Below are positions 26,716 to 39,810 of a stretch of 64,000 nt of DNA, one piece after another (position 1 is the first letter of the stretch; the number at the start of each line of letters is the position of its first letter). The DNA is taken from assembly GCA_951406725.2 (NCBI GenBank), contig OX597814.1, positions 153,450,001 through 153,514,000 on the forward strand, read 5' to 3'. The notes under the pieces were generated by a model. That model was not told the DNA's origin. It was given only the letters and a program-made list of their open reading frames with translations, and did no database searches. A program made the translations under genes and the position numbers. This stretch comes from Octopus vulgaris (Eukaryota).

Positions 26716-27574
26716 TTATTTTTGTTGTCTAGGGAGAGTCACTATGTCAATATCAATAACACACAGACACTGGTTCAATTCCACTCCTTTATTATTTTTG
26801 TTATTGTTACAGTTGTTGTGTTAGGAAAAGAAAAGTAACAATATTTTAATCTATATAGGTGGAGTTCTATAAAGTTATGAACATTCTTAAAAGAATTAAC
26901 TTTACCCTATTTTTCGATATACAGGCTTAATTTTTCAGACCAAAATTCACAGCAAAACAGTATAGGTTGACCTATATGCCAAGGCAACTGCAGAACCAAA
27001 GATTCCATGTGAAATGCAGCAGGATTTGGAAAGCGTGACACTGTTTGAATGTTTATGCTACATGTTTACATGATACACTACATTGACTTGTATGCCAGAA
27101 AATATGACATACAGTTTATTGATTTGGAAGTGAGCACCAATGTTGACTAAGTGAACTATCAAGACTCATAAATAGCTCAATGCTATCACAAGATACAGAG
27201 AAATATGATCAGTCACCATGGTTTTTTTTTTCAGAAGCTTGTCACCATATTAGGTCCATGTGTACCACTACGCAAATTTCCCAGCTGTAACTGTATCGAG
27301 TGAGTGGTGACATCATGTTTACAAAAAAATATGTAAACTGATCAAACATTTCACAGCTGGATGTTCTCCATACTGTACACTGAAGTATGTTGAGAGGAAG
27401 ATATGAGAATTATTGCAACACAATTAACATAACTGACTATAATTACACACACACACACACACGTACACAGAGTAAAAGACACTTGCAGAAGGTGTTACAC
27501 AGTAGGGATTTAATCTGAAACTATATGGTTGCATAGAACTCCATCACACAGTACCTGTATGGGTATATAAATAT

Positions 27575-27810
27575 ATAGTTAATCCAAACATGAAAACACA
27601 AAGAGAAAACACAACAACACGAGGATGTGGAACAAATATAGTATTATTGGACGCTCAGAAAAAAGGGAAGAAGGAGGGTTTTACGTTTCGAGCGGAGCTC
27701 TTTGTCAGAAACATAGGAAAAGGAAAGATCCAGAGAAGGGAAGACAGGCAAAAAAAAAAAAAAAAAAAAAAAAAAAATCGCCAACGGTACACACGCGGTC
27801 ACATTTTGAA
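27575..27810 (-). mobile_element. Probable Penelope-like element terminal (pseudo-LTR) fragment
   Basis: CpG-retaining insert between TA repeats that carries a minimal type-I hammerhead motif. Such motifs are characteristic of Penelope-like element termini. No RT or GIY-YIG ORF is present. Confidence 0.6.
27678..27712 (-). ncRNA. Minimal type-I hammerhead ribozyme motif (G8->A variant, probably inactive)
   Basis: Minus strand GUUU-CUGACAA-A-GAGC-UCC-GCUC-GAA-ACGU-A-AAAC: stem I GUUU/AAAC, core CUGANGA with one mismatch, stem II GAGC/GCUC, GAAA, palindromic ACGU stem III, GUA cleavage triplet. Confidence 0.68.
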
Positions 27811-27829
27811 TTATATACATATATATTAT

Positions 27830-27876
<47 letters not shown>

Positions 27877-28009
27877 TTCATTTAATGCCTGTTTTTCAAC
27901 CCACACCTGTTTCTGAGCGAGGTAATATTTGTTATTCCTCATAGAAAACTGGAATTAAACAACCTTACTTGTAGGATAATGGTGCTCATTTACAACCATC
28001 TAGACAGGG

Positions 28010-28170
28010 ACACACACAACAAGCTTCTTTCAGTTTCCACCTACCCAATCTACTAACAAAATCTTTGGTTGGCCCACAGCTATAGTGGAAGACATTTGGC
28101 CAAGGTGCCACACAGTTGGATTGAACCTAAGACCACATGATTGGGAAGCAAGCTTATAGCCATGCCTGTG
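28010..28170 (-). mobile_element. Degraded SINE family A head
   Basis: cttctttcagtttccacctacccaatc...ctatagtggaagacatttggccaaggtgcc matches family A. Confidence 0.7.
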
Positions 28171-31100
28171 CTTACACATATGCACACATGCACACACAGG
28201 CTCACTGCCATGCCTCTGCCTATAACCAATAGATCTTATAATTCTAAGTCTCCATTTATTTCAGTTGTTGCTTAGCCTCATGTCAATCGAGACCCTATTA
28301 TTGAATGCTTTCCCATTGTGATCATACTGTTCTGTCTTAGACAACAATTTCTGTCAAACTGTTATTAGTTATATAAATTTGATGGTTGTTTTTCTTTGAA
28401 GACTGATCTGGAATATAGAAAAAGTTAAAAGTAATATACTGCCCACTAAAACCTATTGGAAGGAGTTAATAGCAGAAACCAAAATAAGAAATATGAAAAT
28501 ATAGAGAAAAGAAAAAGATTGGAGGTTATAGAGAAAAGATGACAGGAGAAACAAAAATATATAAGATAAAGCTATATAATCAAAATAAAATAGTACTAAA
28601 ATAAAACAAAAGAAAGCCAACTATATAACCTAAGATCTTGTATAAACAACATGGAGGCTCCTCACAATATTATTTCATCAAACTTCTGGCAACAAAATTT
28701 CCTAGTAATCAACAAACACTTCATTTCATGTCTTTTGTAATTTTTGCACACATTTCAAGATAACCCACTGTGAAATATAATGATTAGATTCCAACTAGCA
28801 GTAGCAGCAGTAGTGGTAGTAGAAAGCACTGATTCTCATCAATTTTACCTAAATAACAAAGTTTCTTTACTAAAGGTAATGTAAATGAAAAAAAATCCTG
28901 TTTTATGTTAGCATATATGCACATTCGCTTACATCTTATTTACAGTTTACATTATATAAAATGTCCAGAATATAAAATGACTAACAGTAAATATTTCCCT
29001 GCAGCACAGTTGATACCAATTAAAGTAGCAAATAGCAACCTCAAATACAATGATAGTATGATGGAAAAATTACCAACAGCAAAGTGTGTGTGTGTGCTTG
29101 CAACCATACACAAAACATTGAGATATATCATTAAGCTGTTCCCTCAAGTGTTATCAAAATACTAACATGTTACTCTAGTGTCCTACCTTTACATAGCAGT
29201 CTATTGCCTATGAAGAATGCCTGATGTGGAAATAAAATATCCATACCAAATCAAGCAACATAAATTCATTGCTACATCAAACCAAATATTCCAATAGATT
29301 GCCCAAAGTATTTTGGTGATACTCAAAAGAAATACTGTAGAAGGTGGGGAGTTGATTCAATCAATTTTACAAATTAATTAAAAATGATAAGTGAAAAATA
29401 ATAAATAAAATTTTTGAAAATTCTAATTCTAGTGGTTTTGAATTAATGATTGTCTAGGGATTTTTGGTTTGGTTAATTTATATGAAAATATCAAAATGTA
29501 ATAAAATATATTTTATTTAACTGTCAGTTTTAACAGGTACAAAATAAGTAAAAGTTGAAAGAAAAGTTTAAAAAAAGCAATTTGCTTAATTCAAACAAGA
29601 ATATTCCTTTTTTTAAAAACAAAACTAAGAAATAAATTCTGCTAAGCAAAGAAAATAATGTAAAATGGATTTAAAAAATAGATACATTTAATACAAAAGT
29701 GACAGTTATACTAGTTATTTAACAACCAAATTTAAATGCCCAGATTTTCTCTGAAAAAATAAAAAATATTAATATCCATAGATTTCTAAATCAAATCCAT
29801 AAGAGGCATAAGATGTGTATGGAATTTCTATTGTCTATATCCATATAAAGACCAGGACACTTCACTCTGGCAAACCAAGTAGAATGAACCACTTGCATAA
29901 TCTCAAAACTGCAAAGTTTGATGGAGTCCCTTTTTCAATTATCAGAGTAGTAAAATAACATATTGAATCAAAACGGGAATGCTGAAAAAATATTAGAAGA
30001 ATACAAATAAAATATCTCTTGATAATTTAGTGAGAAAAAAAAAATTTGAAATTAGTTTTTCTCCAATGGTGAATTATATATATATATATATATAAAATGC
30101 TTGAAATTCAGCAATTTGACAATATCTGAAGAGAAACTCATTTTAGTTTTCTAACAACATTCATTATATTAAACCATCTGAAAACTATTCTTTTTACCAA
30201 TTCATTATTTTTTTCTACTTAATAATTTTGATACTAATCTACAATGAAGCTGCCTTTGGTTCTATAAAACAAATTCCCCATTTACAGTGATTCAAAATCT
30301 TCCATAAAAATTTCCTGTTAATTTATATTCAAAAAAACATAAGCTTAATAATCACAAAATCATATTAATAAATCCTTCGCTATTTTCAAAATTAATTGAA
30401 ACAAAAGCCGTATATTTCAATATAAATATCGCAACGAAAGGGTTAAAAACAACTTTTCCCCTGATTCAAGTGCTATATCAATGTAGCTAATAGAAATAGT
30501 ATTGTTTGCTTATTCCAGACAAGTTTAATTATTTAAAGTGCCAGTCTGAAATAAAGTGTAGCTGTTTGTTTTAAAATGTTTATTTGAAAACCTCATCAAT
30601 TTCAAATTCTATTGATTTGATTACTTTGCATCTTATTCACATGGGCAGTAAACAGTGGATATGGAAAGAGTTTGAGCAACATTAAATAACAGTGCTGGCC
30701 TAACTTCAGATTTTGTGTTAGAGAGGAAATTGTACAAAATTTACAATTTAATGGTCACAACAAATAAATAAATCTAATTTTTACCTCTTTAAAGTTCAGA
30801 GAAACCAATATATATCTTTAAAATCAAATCACTTCACAAAAAATAGATTTGGTTTGAGAGGCAGTAAATATTCAACTAATTGAAGTAATCCTTAAATACA
30901 GATCAGTTCAGTAAATCAGCTGCTAAAATCTCTAAAAGTACTAAAACTCCAAAATTATGACCAAACCACTTATGGATTAGGTAAGTCTGTGGGAATGGTT
31001 CATCCTCGCTTCTCTTAAAAGTGAAAGTAGACAATTCCTTTTGATAAAATGAAACAAATCCAGGGAAATTAGTGAACTTCTACATTAAAAAATAATTCAT

Positions 31101-32748
31101 GCAAAAACTTTACAAAGTGAAATTAATTTTGCCACAAAGAAAAAAATCAAGTGTTTACTGATATAAAATATTAATACTGTTATGAGTAAACATTTCATCT
31201 TCCTCTGACAAAAAAGAACCTTAAACAATGCTTTTCCCTTACAGTAGAAAAAAGAACAAAAATTCCTCTTTGCAAAATGCTTTTGTTAGTTTTTCCATGA
31301 AGCCTCATCTTCATATCAAATAACTTCATCTATTTCCAGAAAGCCACATGCTTCCAACTTGTATCATTAACTTGTATCATTCTTTCATGTCTACACCAAT
31401 ACAGTTAGTTATCTGCCTTGGATGTACAAACCAACATTTCTAATTTCCACTACTTTTGAACTTGTATTTGCCTTTAGTCAGTCTTTCAATATCACACCAC
31501 ACAACAAAAGATAAATGATTTCAAACCCTCACATTCCATGTTTAGATTTAATATTGAACTTTCATTCTGTTGCAATCATTTGGACTAAGTCGTTCTGGTT
31601 CCCTGCCTGTGTACATTGACTATTTTGGCATATACAATCCTTGATACTATCTGGCTATGATTAGATTTGGCATCAACTCTACTGATCTTATGGGTCCGGG
31701 AGGTTCTGCAGAGTTCACGAACTAGACCCTTTCTCCTTTGCTTAACTTAAGAAAAAAAAAAGAAAACCCGATATGCAGTTTACAACCTAACTACCATTCA
31801 TAGAGATTAAAAACAAATTCCTCACATTTGCATCCAATTAAATTTTATGATGCCAGTTAAATATTATGCTGCTCCTCCAGCTAAAGTAACAGATGCTTTG
31901 ATTCTGAATTAAAATATCATATAAAGAAACATTAATTGTTACTCTATCAACAATATTTGAATGACAAAATATTTCTCTCTATGCAAAATATCTACTACTG
32001 CAATAGACAAAGAGTCCACTCAAAGCTCAAGATGTATGAAACCAAATTCAAATTCACTGATTAGTAGTCACTATGGAGACTTTATTTGAAAACAGCCACT
32101 CAATGGGTATGGCAGCTAACTTACCTTTAACAGGAAAGAGAAACACTCAGAATTCCAAAAGAAATTATGCTTGGCAAAAACATGCTTTAAAAAGAAGGAT
32201 TTGTATGTTTTGTCAGAGAAGGTAAAGTATGAATAGAATCATCTTATCATCAGTTGCATGTCTAATGTGCAAGCTTAGGAATGAGATGATTGGGCGCAAC
32301 TGTTTTGATACTGATGATTCAGCACAACTTATTGAACATTCAATTTGTTTCAGCGACAGTATATTTTTGGCACTAGAGTTAAATACACATGCACAAACAG
32401 GACACAGAAATATACACATACTGATAAACAAAGAGAGCATGAAAGACAGAAGAAGACAATGAGAACGAGACGCTCGCTGACAAAGAGAGAGAGGCAATGA
32501 AAGAAATATTAAAATGTCTGATGTCAAATAAGTCAGCACTTTGAATCAGTGACGCCAAAATGGTTGTGCCAAAATGTCTTATACCCTACAGCCATGGATT
32601 GCAGAGTTTTATAATGTAGCAGCCTTCTATGTCTTTATGAAATGGATTTTTTTTTTTGTAGAGTTCAATGTTTTAAAATTTGTTATTACTTTGGTTAGTG
32701 TGTCTACTAAATACGCTTTATATAATTATATTATATAATTATATTATG

Positions 32749-32957
32749 TGCCAGCTCTGTCTGGCACCTGTGCAGGTGGCACGTAAAAAGCACCCACTAC
32801 ACTCACGGAGTGGTTGGCGTTAGGAAGGGCATCCAGCCGTAGAAACACTGCCAGATTTGACTGGGCCTGATGAAGCCTTCTGGCTTCACAGACCCCAGTA
32901 GAACCGTCCAACCCATGCTAGCATGGAAAACGGACGCTAAACAATGATGATGATGAT
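32749..32957 (+). mobile_element. RTE LINE 3' tail, young copy
   Basis: Nearly identical to 4070-4260 and retains CpGs. Confidence 0.9.
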
Positions 32958-32990
32958 ATATTAGCAACAGAAGCAGTATTAATACAGAGA

Positions 32991-33356
32991 GGTAATATTT
33001 ATCCCCACTTAAGCATGGATGTTTTGTTAGAACAAACTATACTGCAGTAGTTAGCATGAGAGAAACTCCCATATTGGCTTTTGGTGCAAAACACACTCTT
33101 GTTTATATCATTAGTGGGGGAATAAATCCTCACCGCCTCCAGTGCTGAGACCAGCAGATCACAAGATGGTTGAAATCACATGGTCTAGTAGTCTTAAGAA
33201 CAGGAGGTAGCAGAGATTTATCCCCACCACGACTAGCAATACAAACAAGAGTGCATTTTGTATCAAGAATCAATATGGGAAGTTCTCTCACAGTAACTGC
33301 CGCAGTATAGTTTGTTCCAACAGAACATCCACACTTATGTGGGGATAAATATTACC
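32991..33356. mobile_element. Fold-back (nearly fully palindromic) MITE-like element
   Basis: ggtaatatttatccccacttaagcatggatgttttgttagaacaaactatactgc...ctcccatattg pairs with caatatgggaag...gcagtatagtttgttccaacagaacatccacacttatgtggggataaatattacc; the inner segments also pair. Confidence 0.8.
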
Positions 33357-33613
33357 ATTTTATATAGATGACTCATGCTATGTTTTCATCCATCTTGCAT
33401 ACTTCATTCATAATGAATGTTCACACACTGACATTTCTCTAACATACAACAACCAATACTTTGTTAGTTCACCTGAACTGTTATATTAAGTCAAGAACAT
33501 CACATACGCACTTCCATCAGGAAATAATGAAATCAGATATGTTATAAATGAAGGAAAAGGAAATGTTCTCTTACAAATCAACACCAACACTACCTATAAA
33601 CTGTGGTTTTTAA

Positions 33614-33822
33614 CCCTTTCGTTACCAACCCGGCTGAAACCAGCTCTGGCTCTGAGTACAAATGTCTTGTTTTCATAAGTTTTGAATTAAAATCTTCCAC
33701 CAAACCTTAGTCACAATTTATGTTCCTAATGATAACTAAGTTATTTTACTAAATTCTTTGTTATATTTAAAATAATTGAAAGAAACACAGAGCATCTCAA
33801 AATAAATACAGTAACGAAAGGG
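33614..33822. mobile_element. piggyBac-type MITE with TTAA target duplication
   Basis: TTAA(33610-13)-ccctttcgttac ... gtaacgaaaggg-TTAA(33823-26): perfect 12 bp TIR. Second copy at 38805-39025. Confidence 0.9.
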
Positions 33823-34158
33823 TTAACTTGACCAGTAGTAGCCCCTTCAAATTGACAAGAAATTATTTCCTATCTTTTACCAATTTGGTGTAACCTTTCT
33901 TTACTTTGTTCAAGCACACCTATGGCCAAATCCAGGTGTAGCCATTGAAGAGCCCTGCTCTGATTTGCTCGAGCATACCTACAGCAAATCAATCAACGAT
34001 TATCCTGTCATTATTGTTTTTCATTACTTAGGTTCAGAGAAATGATTTAATAGCAGTGAAGAACTTGTTAAGGTTAATTTATTTACTATATTAAACATTT
34101 TGTAAAATTTATCTTAAGACCAATGATAATTTTCCTAAAATTTCAAGAAATGTAGCCA

Positions 34159-34470
34159 TCATTATCATCATTTAATGTCCATTGCCCATGCTGGCATGGG
34201 TTGGATGGTTTGACCGGTAAACTGGAAGGCTGCACCAGACTCCAGTCTGATTTAGCAGGGTTTTCTATGGCTGGATGCCCTTCCTCATGCCAACCAAACT
34301 GAGAGTGTAATGGATGCTTTTATGTGCCACCAGTACAGGTGCCATTTGCGTGACACTGGGATCTGCCACAACTGCGACTTTACTTGGCTTGGTGGGTCTT
34401 CTTCTCAAGCAATGATAATGCCAAAGGTCTCAGTCACTGTCTCTGTGAGGTCCAGCACTTGAAAAGAACT
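34159..34470 (-). mobile_element. RTE LINE 3' end fragment
   Basis: catcatttaatgtcc..ccatgctggcatgggttggatgg..gctggatgcccttcc..ccaaaggtctcagtca. Confidence 0.8.
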
Positions 34471-35111
34471 CAGCCACTTCGCCAATAAATATTTTATCAG
34501 ATTAAAAAAATTGAACACCAATGAAAAATAAAAGCTTTAAAACAACCCTCATGAGAGTTTTCTTATTGAGGGAACTACTTGGACACAAAACTTATTAATG
34601 GATCTGAAGGAAAGGAAGTATTATTTGGATTACATCATTAAAATGCAAAAATGCAGCTACATTTATTGTATGGTATATATACATGATATGGCTTACTCCA
34701 ATTTAAAACTACAGACATATATATATATATATATATACATACACAGACATAAAAGTGTGTGTGTGTGTATCACACTGTGTCAATAGTGAGCTTTTTCCTT
34801 TCCTGTATTTCTTTCTGTCTTCAAGTAGAGAAGAGAAACATTAAGCCTCAAACCATTTTCCACTTGTCTGTCAAAAATAATTAAGAAAGATAATGGACAT
34901 AGGATACTAATGCTCTAACTAGCAACATATGAAAAACAAAAAAACTTGGGGAAGTTCATATGAGTAATGATGTTGAAATGTGTGTTTATGTAAGGAAGTT
35001 AGTGTTAATTAGGGGATTGAAAGAGGAAATTTGCAGCTGGCTAAAGGGATGTTTGAATCCAAATTAATAATGGAGCAGGTCAAATTAAGTACTGACATAG
35101 TACACACAAAG

Positions 35112-35149
<38 letters not shown>

Positions 35150-36119
35150 TCATATATATGCATGTATTTACGTATATGTGTATATACATATATATATATA
35201 AAGGCTAAGACACTAGCTCCACCTTCACTGAAGAAATAAATGACACACACAAACAACGGTTTCACTAGGATATTCTTTTACCAAAAAATTTGTTTATGCA
35301 AAAAATATTCAACACAAAATTTATTACCTAATTTTAATAACCAAGAATTGAGAAGTTTAGAGGCTAAACAATTAAGTTTTGACATTAATACTATTTAACC
35401 AATGAAATCTACTATCTTTCCTGTAATAATGATATTGCAGTTCAAGATTTGAATTCAAATATGACTGCAAGCTATCTTGGAAGGTGGGTGTTAGAAATGT
35501 TAAATATAGTTACAGTTAATGTATGGCTATTGAAAGATTGTCTACAGTAATATTATGATTGAGGTTAACAAAACTAAAATTCACATCAGTAAATAAAATA
35601 GAATAAATCAGAATAAATGACTGCAGAGGTGTAGGAAGCTTATAAGAAAGTATTGTGGATCATATATATATGATTCATGAACGAGTGGATAATTTTGGCA
35701 CAAACAGAAGAAATTTAGAGATGCTCAATATAGAAAACAGTAGCACTCAAATGATTTGAGCTCCCCAGAAACAGCTGTCAGACCTTTAACATCATACCTT
35801 CTCCTTTAATTTACTGTGCCTTTGTACTCTGTATAAGTTTGCTCAGTTAGTTTATAAATATCTATATATTTATACATGAATACTCATTGTCTGAATATTT
35901 TCAGTCTTTGCTTTCTCTCTACATGTATACATGTATGTATATTTTGTACATCTAACCCAAGCAGTTTTATTTATTTGCATCTTTATCTCTCTCTCTCTCT
36001 GCTGTGCTGTGCTTGAAAAGACACATCAAGCTAAGTAAAAGTGTGGTTGCCCTTGCATACAGGCTCGCAGGTTATCCTTGCAACCCTCTCCAGCTGAACA
36101 CCCCTAATCTCACAGGCTT

Positions 36120-36305
36120 GTAGGTGCTGTGTAAAAGTAGCTAATACACTCTGTAAAGTGGGTGGCATTAGGAAGGGCATCCAGCTGTAGAAACCATGCC
36201 AAAAGAGACAGAGAGCCTGAACAGCCCTTCAGCAGGTCAGCTCCAGTCAAGCCAACCAATCCATGCCAGCATGAAAAATGGACATTAAATGATGATGATG
36301 ATGAT
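36120..36305 (+). mobile_element. RTE LINE 3' tail
   Basis: ggcattaggaagggcatccagctgtagaaaccatgcc...ggacattaaat(gat)n. Confidence 0.8.
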
Positions 36306-36819
36306 AAATACTAGAAATAATTTTTTTTAGAAAATGTGTAAGGGTGAATCTCAACTGGAACAGTGGCTGACTTCAAAACATTGCATAAATAAAGTAAAAA
36401 TGTATTTTGAAGAGCTTAAACATGTAATTTTAAGATTAAATAAACAAAGAATCCATCTTCAAAGGTGGGCAATATCACAGGGATTATTAGAAAACAAATC
36501 TTAAGAAACATTATTTTTTAAACCTCAATTTTTTAATGGAAAATTCAAAATTTCAGTAAAAGTAATTCCTTGACAAATATGAAGTGATAAAAAAATCTTA
36601 TCTTGTTAATTGCTCCTTTATAGAGACCTATTTAGTCTAAATGGAGCAGACTAAATAATTACACATGAATATTTGGGTTATATAAACAGAATTAAGTGCT
36701 ACAGCTAGCAGATTTTTACTGTGGCATCATACTATGGCCGTGGTATTAGAAAGAACTACAGAACTGTAAGAATAGTATACACACTTGCTTCTCTCATTTG
36801 TTTAAGATTTTTTTTATCT

Positions 36820-37185
36820 TCTGTCTTTTATTTGTTTAAGTCATTGGACTGTGGCCATGCTGGGGTACCACCTTGAAGAATTTTAAGTCAAATGAATTGA
36901 TTCCAGTATTTAATTTTCTTAAGCCGAGTACTTTTATTGATCTCTTGCTGAACTGCTAAGTTACAGGGACATAAATACGCCAACACCAGTTGTGAAGCAG
37001 TGGGGGCAAACACAAAGACACACACATACATGACTTCTTTCAGTTTCCATTAACCAAATCCACTCATAAGGCTCTGGTTGGCTCAACGCTTATAGTAGAA
37101 GACACTTGCCCAAGGTGCCACACAATGGGACTGAACTGAGAACGATGTGGCTGAGAAGCAAGTTTTTTTACCACACAGCCACATC
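36820..37185 (-). mobile_element. SINE family A, near full length
   Basis: Collinear with 21805-22232 (gtcattggactgtggccatgctgg ... gacacttgcccaaggtgcc ... ccacacagccac). Confidence 0.85.
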
Positions 37186-37739
37186 TATGACAAAAAAAAA
37201 AAAACTTCTCAAAAATAATTAACCTATTTGAAGCATGTAGAAAAAATAATTTTATAACTAAAACTATTTACTGGTTTTAAAAATCGAATTTCCAGAGGAC
37301 ATGCCACATTATTTGTATTTTCATGATGTGTTAAATGGCTTTGAAAATTTTTCAAAAATAATGTCAATGAGAAAGAAAAAAGAAAGATTAAGAGCTTAGA
37401 TATTTCCAACACACCCTCCTCCACTTCTAATTAACATACGTAGCACTACATAAGCACCCATGAAGTAGCAATTCCTTTGGCCAGTTTTCTGAGAGCTAAT
37501 TAGATTTAGAAAAGTAAAATGTGACTCAGCCATAGTCCTTGAACCACTTGATGACCATTGTCCTTAATCTAGGCAAGTCATGTTTATAATAAAAAAAAAA
37601 AAACATACTAAGCATTGTTTTTATTCATTTATCCTCAAAAAATTCTCAGGAAAAGTTGAATATTACTAAATAAGTAGAAAGAAATCAATTCATCCAACTC
37701 AAATACATACAAATATATTTTTTCTTCTACTTTATTTAA

Positions 37740-38055
37740 ATGCAGGCAAGGTTGTATGGTTAAGAAGCTTGTTTTGCAATCATGTGGTTTCAGGTTCAGT
37801 CCCATTGCATAGCACCTTGGGCAAGTGTCTTCTACTATAGCCCTAGGCTGGCTAATGCCTTGTGAGTAAATTTGACAGAGATGGAAGCAGTGTGGAAGTA
37901 AGCTGTGTGTGTGTGTCTTTGTGTCCCCTGTCACTGCTTGACATTACCAGATTTAAAAAAGAAAAAGAAAATGGGGTTGATTTGTTCAACTAAAACTCAA
38001 GGAGGTGCCCCAGCATGGCCATACTCCAACAACTGAAGCAAATAAAGAATAAGAG
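37740..38055 (+). mobile_element. SINE family A, internally deleted
   Basis: ggttcagtcccattgcatagcaccttgggcaagtgtcttctactatagcc ... ggtgccccagcatggcc. Confidence 0.8.
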
Positions 38056-38804
38056 ATAAATGAAATATTAACGTTACATTATTTTTCAAAAAATAATACC
38101 TCAGTGGAAAGTTTGATGTTTAAATGACTAAGTGCTTGACCATTTTAAAGAGGAAACAAGGGTATTGTAACAAAAATAGTTGGATTTAGTTTATGTTGCA
38201 TGGCTTTTCTATCTAACATTAGCAGGAAGTGGCTAGCAACTGCCAATCAGAGTATATATTTAACCAACAACATTTAAGAAGCTGGCTAAAATTATAAAAA
38301 AAATATATATAAATCTAAATTATTATGACAACAAAACAAGTCACCTGAACATGTCCTGCCTTGTAAACTATAGCTCTAATAGAGGTTACTATATGTTAGC
38401 ATCAAAGCAGTAACTTAAACTTTGTTCATATTTGTAATAATGACTTGTTCAGCTGCTTAAGTGATATATAATCAAATACTAGATCTTATCTTTTAAACAA
38501 TTATTTTCCCATATTTCACTAGATATATATGTTTCAGCAGCTACAGCTGAAATACAACAGTTAAAATTAACAATTACATGAACAGAAAATAATTGTTACT
38601 TTAACCAAACTGTAAGATGAAACAAAAAATTCTTAATTTATAAATTAATAGATCTGTTTCCATCACCACCACCACCACCATCTAACAACTGGTATTTGTT
38701 TATGTACTAGTAACCTAGCAGTTCAGCAAAAGAGGCTTATAGAGTAAGTACCAGACTTAAAAAAAAAAACAAAAACATAAGTACTGGAGAGGATTTGTTT
38801 GATA

Positions 38805-39025
38805 CCCTTTCGTTACTGTATTTCTGTTGAGATGCTCTGTGTTTCTTTCAATTACTTTAAATATAACAAAGGATTTAGTAAAATAACTTAGTTGTCATTC
38901 AGCTAGTGTTAGGAACATGAATTGTGACTAAGGTTTGGTAGAAGATTTTAATTCAAAATTTATGAAAACAAGACATTTGTACTACAGAGCCAGAGCCGGT
39001 TTCAGCCGGGTTGGTAATGAAAGGG
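38805..39025. mobile_element. piggyBac-type MITE nested in a SINE A 3' domain
   Basis: Reverse-orientation copy of 33614-33822: ccctttcgttac ... gtaatgaaaggg-ttaa. SINE tail continues on both sides (38680-38800 and 39030-39085). Confidence 0.88.
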
Positions 39026-39126
39026 TTAAAACTCTTCAAGATGACACCCCAGCATGGGCACAGTCCAATGACTGAAACAAAAAGTAGATAAAGGTATATG
39101 AAATCAAAACAGTTTTCCATCTCTAA

Positions 39127-39335
39127 CCCTTTCATTACCATATTTCTGCTTTTGTTTCTATTAATTTCACAAAGAAAGAAGAATTTCGTTAAATAATTTC
39201 ATCATTATTAAGTTAGTGCTTGGAACATAAATTAACATGGAATTTTAATGGAAGCTTTTAATTTAGGTAACTTTTAAATTGGAAATTTGTATCAAAGGAG
39301 CAGGGACAGTCTTAGGTGAGTTGGTATCAAAAGGG
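39127..39335. mobile_element. piggyBac-type MITE, related subfamily
   Basis: ctaa-ccctttcattacca ... tggtatcaaaaggg-ttaa. Confidence 0.78.
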
Positions 39336-39489
39336 TTAACAAACAACTCAAAAAGTGGTAAATTCCTCAAAAGCTTAAAACTTCTAAACAACTAGAACTA
39401 TAAATGAAATGTGCATCTGTGTATATCTAAGAAATCATCAAGACTCCAAACTCAAATACATGAAGAGCTGTAGAATGATGTTACTAACA

Positions 39490-39810
39490 GGTACAGGTAG
39501 GTCATATGGTAAATAAGCTTGCTTTGCAACTGTGTAAACTCAGTTTCAGTCCCACTGCACAGCATCTTCTACAATAACCCCAGGCTGACAAATGTCTTGT
39601 GAGTGAATTTAGTAAACAGAAACTGTGTGGAAGCTCATCATATATGTATACATGCATATGTTTTTTTGCTTGTATCCCACCACCACCACCGTTTGATAAC
39701 TGGTGTTGGTTTGTTTACAGTGCCATAACTTAGCGATTTAGCAAAAGTGACCAACAAAATAATACCAGATTTAAAAAAAAATATGCACTAGGGTCAATTT
39801 GTTTGGCTAA
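39490..39810 (+). mobile_element. SINE family A split by hAT insertions; tail resumes at 40611-40680
   Basis: SINE body up to agggtcaatttgtttggctaa. The expected continuation tcttcaag...cacagtccaatgactgaaataag follows 40610. Confidence 0.75.
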
